NCBI GenBank assembly: GCA_963762115.1 | Contig: CAVXJH010000003.1 | Span: forward strand, 512,001-576,000 | DNA length: 64,000 nucleotides | DNA from: Candidatus Babeliales bacterium | GTDB lineage: Bacteria; Babelota; Babeliae; Babelales; JANWKD01 | Direction: 5' to 3' | Part shown: piece by piece, positions 60,420 through 64,000 of the stretch | Position numbering within the stretch: position 1 is the stretch's first letter | Layout of the letters: each line of letters opens with the position of its first letter | Program-made: the position numbers and the translations under genes | Notes under the pieces: model-generated | Seen by the model: the letters and a program-made list of their open reading frames with translations, nothing else | Database searches by the model: none | Told to the model about the DNA's origin: nothing

Positions 60420-60764
60420 AACGATCAATCTCCTTCTTAAATAAAGACTCCTCACTCTATGGATATCATTTATAGAGTGAGGAGTTTTTTTGTTGATAAG
60501 TAATGCACATTTTGAAACAAAATCAAACAGATGCTATCAAAAATCTAAAAAATTTATATCTCACACACGAATTTAATAAACACAATGCTCTAAAATTGTT
60601 TGACAGGAAAAATAGTTTGTTTTTTATAAGTATTTAATTTATTAGAACATTATAATCTGGGTTCCCACGGCACAATGTGCCTCGGAATGACATTTCTGTT
60701 ATTAACGTTCTTTTTTTAGCGCAAACAAGCCTTATCTTAAATACTTTTACTTCTTGAATTTACG

Positions 60765-63488
60765 TTAAATAAGATCATATTCCTTGCATCGTCGATTAAT
60801 TGAAGAACGATTTACGCCCAAGAATGCCGCAATCTTATTCTGGTTTTTGAATTTATTCCACAAGATGTTCATAATCTTTGGATCTTTTAATGCTTTTTTG
60901 CCCAATCGAGCTGCTTGCGCCAATGCCGGATCAGTTATTGAATAGGTCTGATCAAACTCCATCGAATCCTCAACATTGTTCTTTTTTGATTTGTGCATTA
61001 AAAGTTGCTGAATTTTTGTTTTAAATTGGAACAAACTCATTGGGCGATCATCAATCAATATATTCTTTTCTCGCTCAGTGAGCTCTAAGAGAGTTTTGAA
61101 CGTTGACGAACGTAATGCTTGTTTGGTGAAACCATCAACAAGATCATGCATTTCTTCACTGGCAAGATTGGCAATAGAAGGCATGCTCAACGTTGTTTTT
61201 TGCAATTCTTTAAAGAGGCATGGCGAAAATCTTCCCTCTTGCACCAAAGCCTCAATATTCAAATGTGATGAAGCAATAATACGCACATCGCTTACAATCC
61301 GTTGATCACCTTTATACACAGTGTAATAACCATATTTTATGAACTCAGCTAACTTTTCCTGTAATTCAATATCAAGCAAATGAATATTCTGAATAAACAA
61401 GGTGCCCACATTATGTAACTGTTCCAACATTGAAGGCTTTTGAGCAAACCCTAATAACGGATTAATACCAAAAAGCTGTATGGCAATATCAGTGTTTTTG
61501 AGCGCCTGTAAGCTCACCACCTGCAATTTTTCACGCAAACTAATATGATGAATAATCTCAACCGTTGGCAATAAATCGGCTTCTGGCATTTGCAGCAATA
61601 ATGCTTTTCTGCTTAAAGCAATTTTAAGCAACCCAATTTTGAAATTAAGCAACTGACTTCCTGAACCGGGAATCAACTGATTAATCAATTGACCAGATTT
61701 GGTTGTTTCTAAATATAACAAATAATCCCACTCAGATGGATTTTGCAATAAATCAATTTGCTTTTTAATAACATCAGCAATTTCAGGGTAGTACACGGTA
61801 ATGATAATAGTATTATGCTCAAGACTGGGAATACCAACCAAAATCAGCTTATTTCCTTGCGCATCGAGCCCAAAACTATGTTGCGTTGCTTTATAATTTT
61901 CAACCTGCTCAACAAGCTGCTTACAAACTTTTGCCAATGAATGGCCCATATGAGCATTCAAATCAACATTGATAAGCTCTTTTGCTGCCTGATTACCAAA
62001 AGTAAATCGTCTATTTTTATAAAATAAGATGCCAATTTTTCGTTGACGGCTTGAACGCAAGAAAGTACGAATACTTTCTTTATATTGATTAATTTCCTGA
62101 TGTTTTTGGAACAACTCTTCACGCAGCTCTTTTTCTTGAGCAATAAGCAAGGTAAGATTCCTGTTTTGGAGCAAGTGGATGATATTTCCCAAATAACTGG
62201 CAAAAACGAGCATTTCATCACGTTCAACGTTACTGAAAAATTCATTAGATCGCCCATCACGCTCAACAATGATATAGGCAATTAATGTTGCATGTTCATA
62301 GATTGGCAAAAAGATGGCTGCATTTATGCGCTCAAGAAATTGAATTAACTCACGATTAATTTTGTTTTCTTGATAAAAGTTATTAAAAACAATTTCATCA
62401 TAAATTAATATTTTATGCTGTTTAATTGCTTGTACAATATCATGAGTAATTTCATTATTACCATTAATACACCGCTCAACAGTCACTTCTCGCGATGATA
62501 ACTCATTTTTTTGTTCATTTGATTTTGTGTGATTTGCCAGGGAACGAATATATAAATTGGTACAATTTGCCTGTAACCCAAAAGCATCCTTAAAGAATAG
62601 TTGGGTGAGAATACTCAACTCGGGGACAGAGTTGGTGTAACTTAATTTTTCAAGCACATTTTTAAAATCATCAATAAAATTAAACGTTTTTGCAGCTTGC
62701 ACATGATTTTGGAAATTCAAAAATCTAAGCCCCATCACTTTACGCATTGCATGGTAAATAGCAAACGTGAGAAGTAATGTTGAAACACTAGTTATACAAT
62801 ATAAATAATTATTAGCCGTTACATTTAAATACATTTTTGTAACGATTATTAAAGTTTGTATTGATTCTGTTAATAAATAAGGACATAAAAGAAAGGTAAC
62901 TAAAATCGTAAGTTGTTTTTTTAATATCTTCGGAAAATTAACTTGATAAAGATTTTTTAATGTTAAAAAAATACTAGGCAAAATTAAAAAAAATAACACA
63001 TAAAAGACGATGACATTCATCATAGTGAACTCAAATTCAGAACGCCCATGAACAATATCAAAATGAAAAAATGCAGAATAAAAAAAATACATTGAAAATA
63101 TAAAACTAAATACTAACAACGTTTTTTGACGTAAGTTAATTTTGTATTTTTTATCAACAAGGCTTTCAACAAACAAACTTAATGATTGAAATTGCAAAAC
63201 ATTAAATGCCCAGCCTAATCTAATAAAAAAAACTATATAACTATAATCCAACAAAGGATACCATAATTCCCTAAATAATTTTATTATCCAAACAAAATCA
63301 CCAAAGGCGCCATTAAATAATAAAGCTAATAACAAATAAAGAGGCGTAGAAAGATTTTTGCTTCTTAATGCTTTAGTAATTAAAAAAAACAAAAAATATA
63401 ACTTTGCAAAAAAAGCAATAGTTTCAACAAAAAATAGAAATTCCAATCCCTTAACAAGTGACCAAAAAAACTCTAATAAAATTATCAT
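60765..63488 (-). CDS. Membrane-bound regulator: multi-TM N-terminus, GAF-like region, degenerate sigma54-interaction AAA+ domain, Fis-type HTH
   Basis: GTLFIQNI..L...LQEKL, DVRIIASS, GRF...LF..L, NQNKIAAFLGVNRSSINRR. Confidence 0.8.
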   Translation of the reverse strand: MIILLEFFWSLVKGLEFLFFVETIAFFAKLYFLFFLITKALRSKNLSTPLYLLLALLFNGAFGDFVWIIKLFRELWYPLLDYSYIVFFIRLGWAFNVLQFQSLSLFVESLVDKKYKINLRQKTLLVFSFIFSMYFFYSAFFHFDIVHGRSEFEFTMMNVIVFYVLFFLILPSIFLTLKNLYQVNFPKILKKQLTILVTFLLCPYLLTESIQTLIIVTKMYLNVTANNYLYCITSVSTLLLTFAIYHAMRKVMGLRFLNFQNHVQAAKTFNFIDDFKNVLEKLSYTNSVPELSILTQLFFKDAFGLQANCTNLYIRSLANHTKSNEQKNELSSREVTVERCINGNNEITHDIVQAIKQHKILIYDEIVFNNFYQENKINRELIQFLERINAAIFLPIYEHATLIAYIIVERDGRSNEFFSNVERDEMLVFASYLGNIIHLLQNRNLTLLIAQEKELREELFQKHQEINQYKESIRTFLRSSRQRKIGILFYKNRRFTFGNQAAKELINVDLNAHMGHSLAKVCKQLVEQVENYKATQHSFGLDAQGNKLILVGIPSLEHNTIIITVYYPEIADVIKKQIDLLQNPSEWDYLLYLETTKSGQLINQLIPGSGSQLLNFKIGLLKIALSRKALLLQMPEADLLPTVEIIHHISLREKLQVVSLQALKNTDIAIQLFGINPLLGFAQKPSMLEQLHNVGTLFIQNIHLLDIELQEKLAEFIKYGYYTVYKGDQRIVSDVRIIASSHLNIEALVQEGRFSPCLFKELQKTTLSMPSIANLASEEMHDLVDGFTKQALRSSTFKTLLELTEREKNILIDDRPMSLFQFKTKIQQLLMHKSKKNNVEDSMEFDQTYSITDPALAQAARLGKKALKDPKIMNILWNKFKNQNKIAAFLGVNRSSINRRCKEYDLI

Positions 63489-64000
63489 AAAACCTTGCTA
63501 TGAATTAAAGTAGTAATTATACTATTCTTAGTTTTCAACATAATGTTCAACTTCAAAGGTAATAAATCATGTTAAAAAGTAAACCATTTATATCACTTTT
63601 ATATTATATAAGTAAAGTGGGCTGTAGCGTGTTATTTACTCTCGTACTATTCCGATGGCCACCTGCAACATAAACAAGAATATCAAAAAATAACGATTGC
63701 GACAAATTGCTTGTGTTTTGACTACATCGGACTTGTGATAATGATGCAAAAAAATTAGCTAGTATGATTTGTCGTACTAGCTATTTCGATGAATTAAATC
63801 CTATTATTAATCAATATTATTTTACTTCTAACTAATATTTCACAGTTTTAAATCTGCAATCGCAGTAAAACTTCCTTCTTGCCAGGACCAAACATCATGA
63901 AGCACACCCTCAACCAAGCGGCAATTCTGCTTATCCTACTTTCATTGCATTCTCTGCATGGCATGGAGCAACCAAATAATCATGAACAACCAACCTTTCA

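Larger units (their letters stand above)
58452..60694. mobile_element. Putative composite element: matching inverted REPs bracketing a cargo operon
   Basis: tgtcattccgaggcacattgtgccgtgggaacccag at 58454-58489 and its exact reverse complement at 60657-60692; an extra REP lies at 58560-58600. Confidence 0.55.

Noticed and set aside
594..62285. Numerous 60-145 aa ORFs antisense to or nested in longer genes
   Set aside because: Shadow ORFs without RBS or motifs.
63830..64000. Possible minus-strand gene fragment at the window end
   Set aside because: Stops in all three minus-strand frames and no recognisable family.

Overview
AT-rich bacterial chromosome segment. The many ankyrin-repeat proteins, short secreted orphan proteins and sparse housekeeping genes suggest an intracellular parasite of protists, most likely Dependentiae/Babelota (TM6); this is an inference from gene content. 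Core genes: sufU, nurA, sufS, a cysK-family enzyme, fadD-like ligase, tmk, holB, mgtA-like ATPase, dciA, murG, PBP1A, rnpB, gpsA, uppS and four HAD hydrolases. They are interleaved with putative host-directed effector genes. Main observations: (1) a TGTC/CGTC-tagged palindromic (REP-like) family with 12 copies. Two inverted pairs each tightly bracket a 98-aa GIY-YIG nuclease gene, two pairs are gene-less, and one pair brackets a 2.2-kb cargo, suggesting a GIY-YIG-mobilised REP system. (2) An intact IS110 whose bridge-RNA guides, CT core and circle-junction promoter can be read from the sequence; it sits in a second REP family nested in a duplicated structured element. (3) About 15 secreted proteins whose predicted mature N-terminus is Met, mostly followed by Glu/Asp/Gln; three proteins share a 19-aa Leu helix, and CaaX, F-box-like and SOCS-box-like motifs occur. 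(4) A recombination scar suggesting two allelic effector cassettes were joined in tandem.
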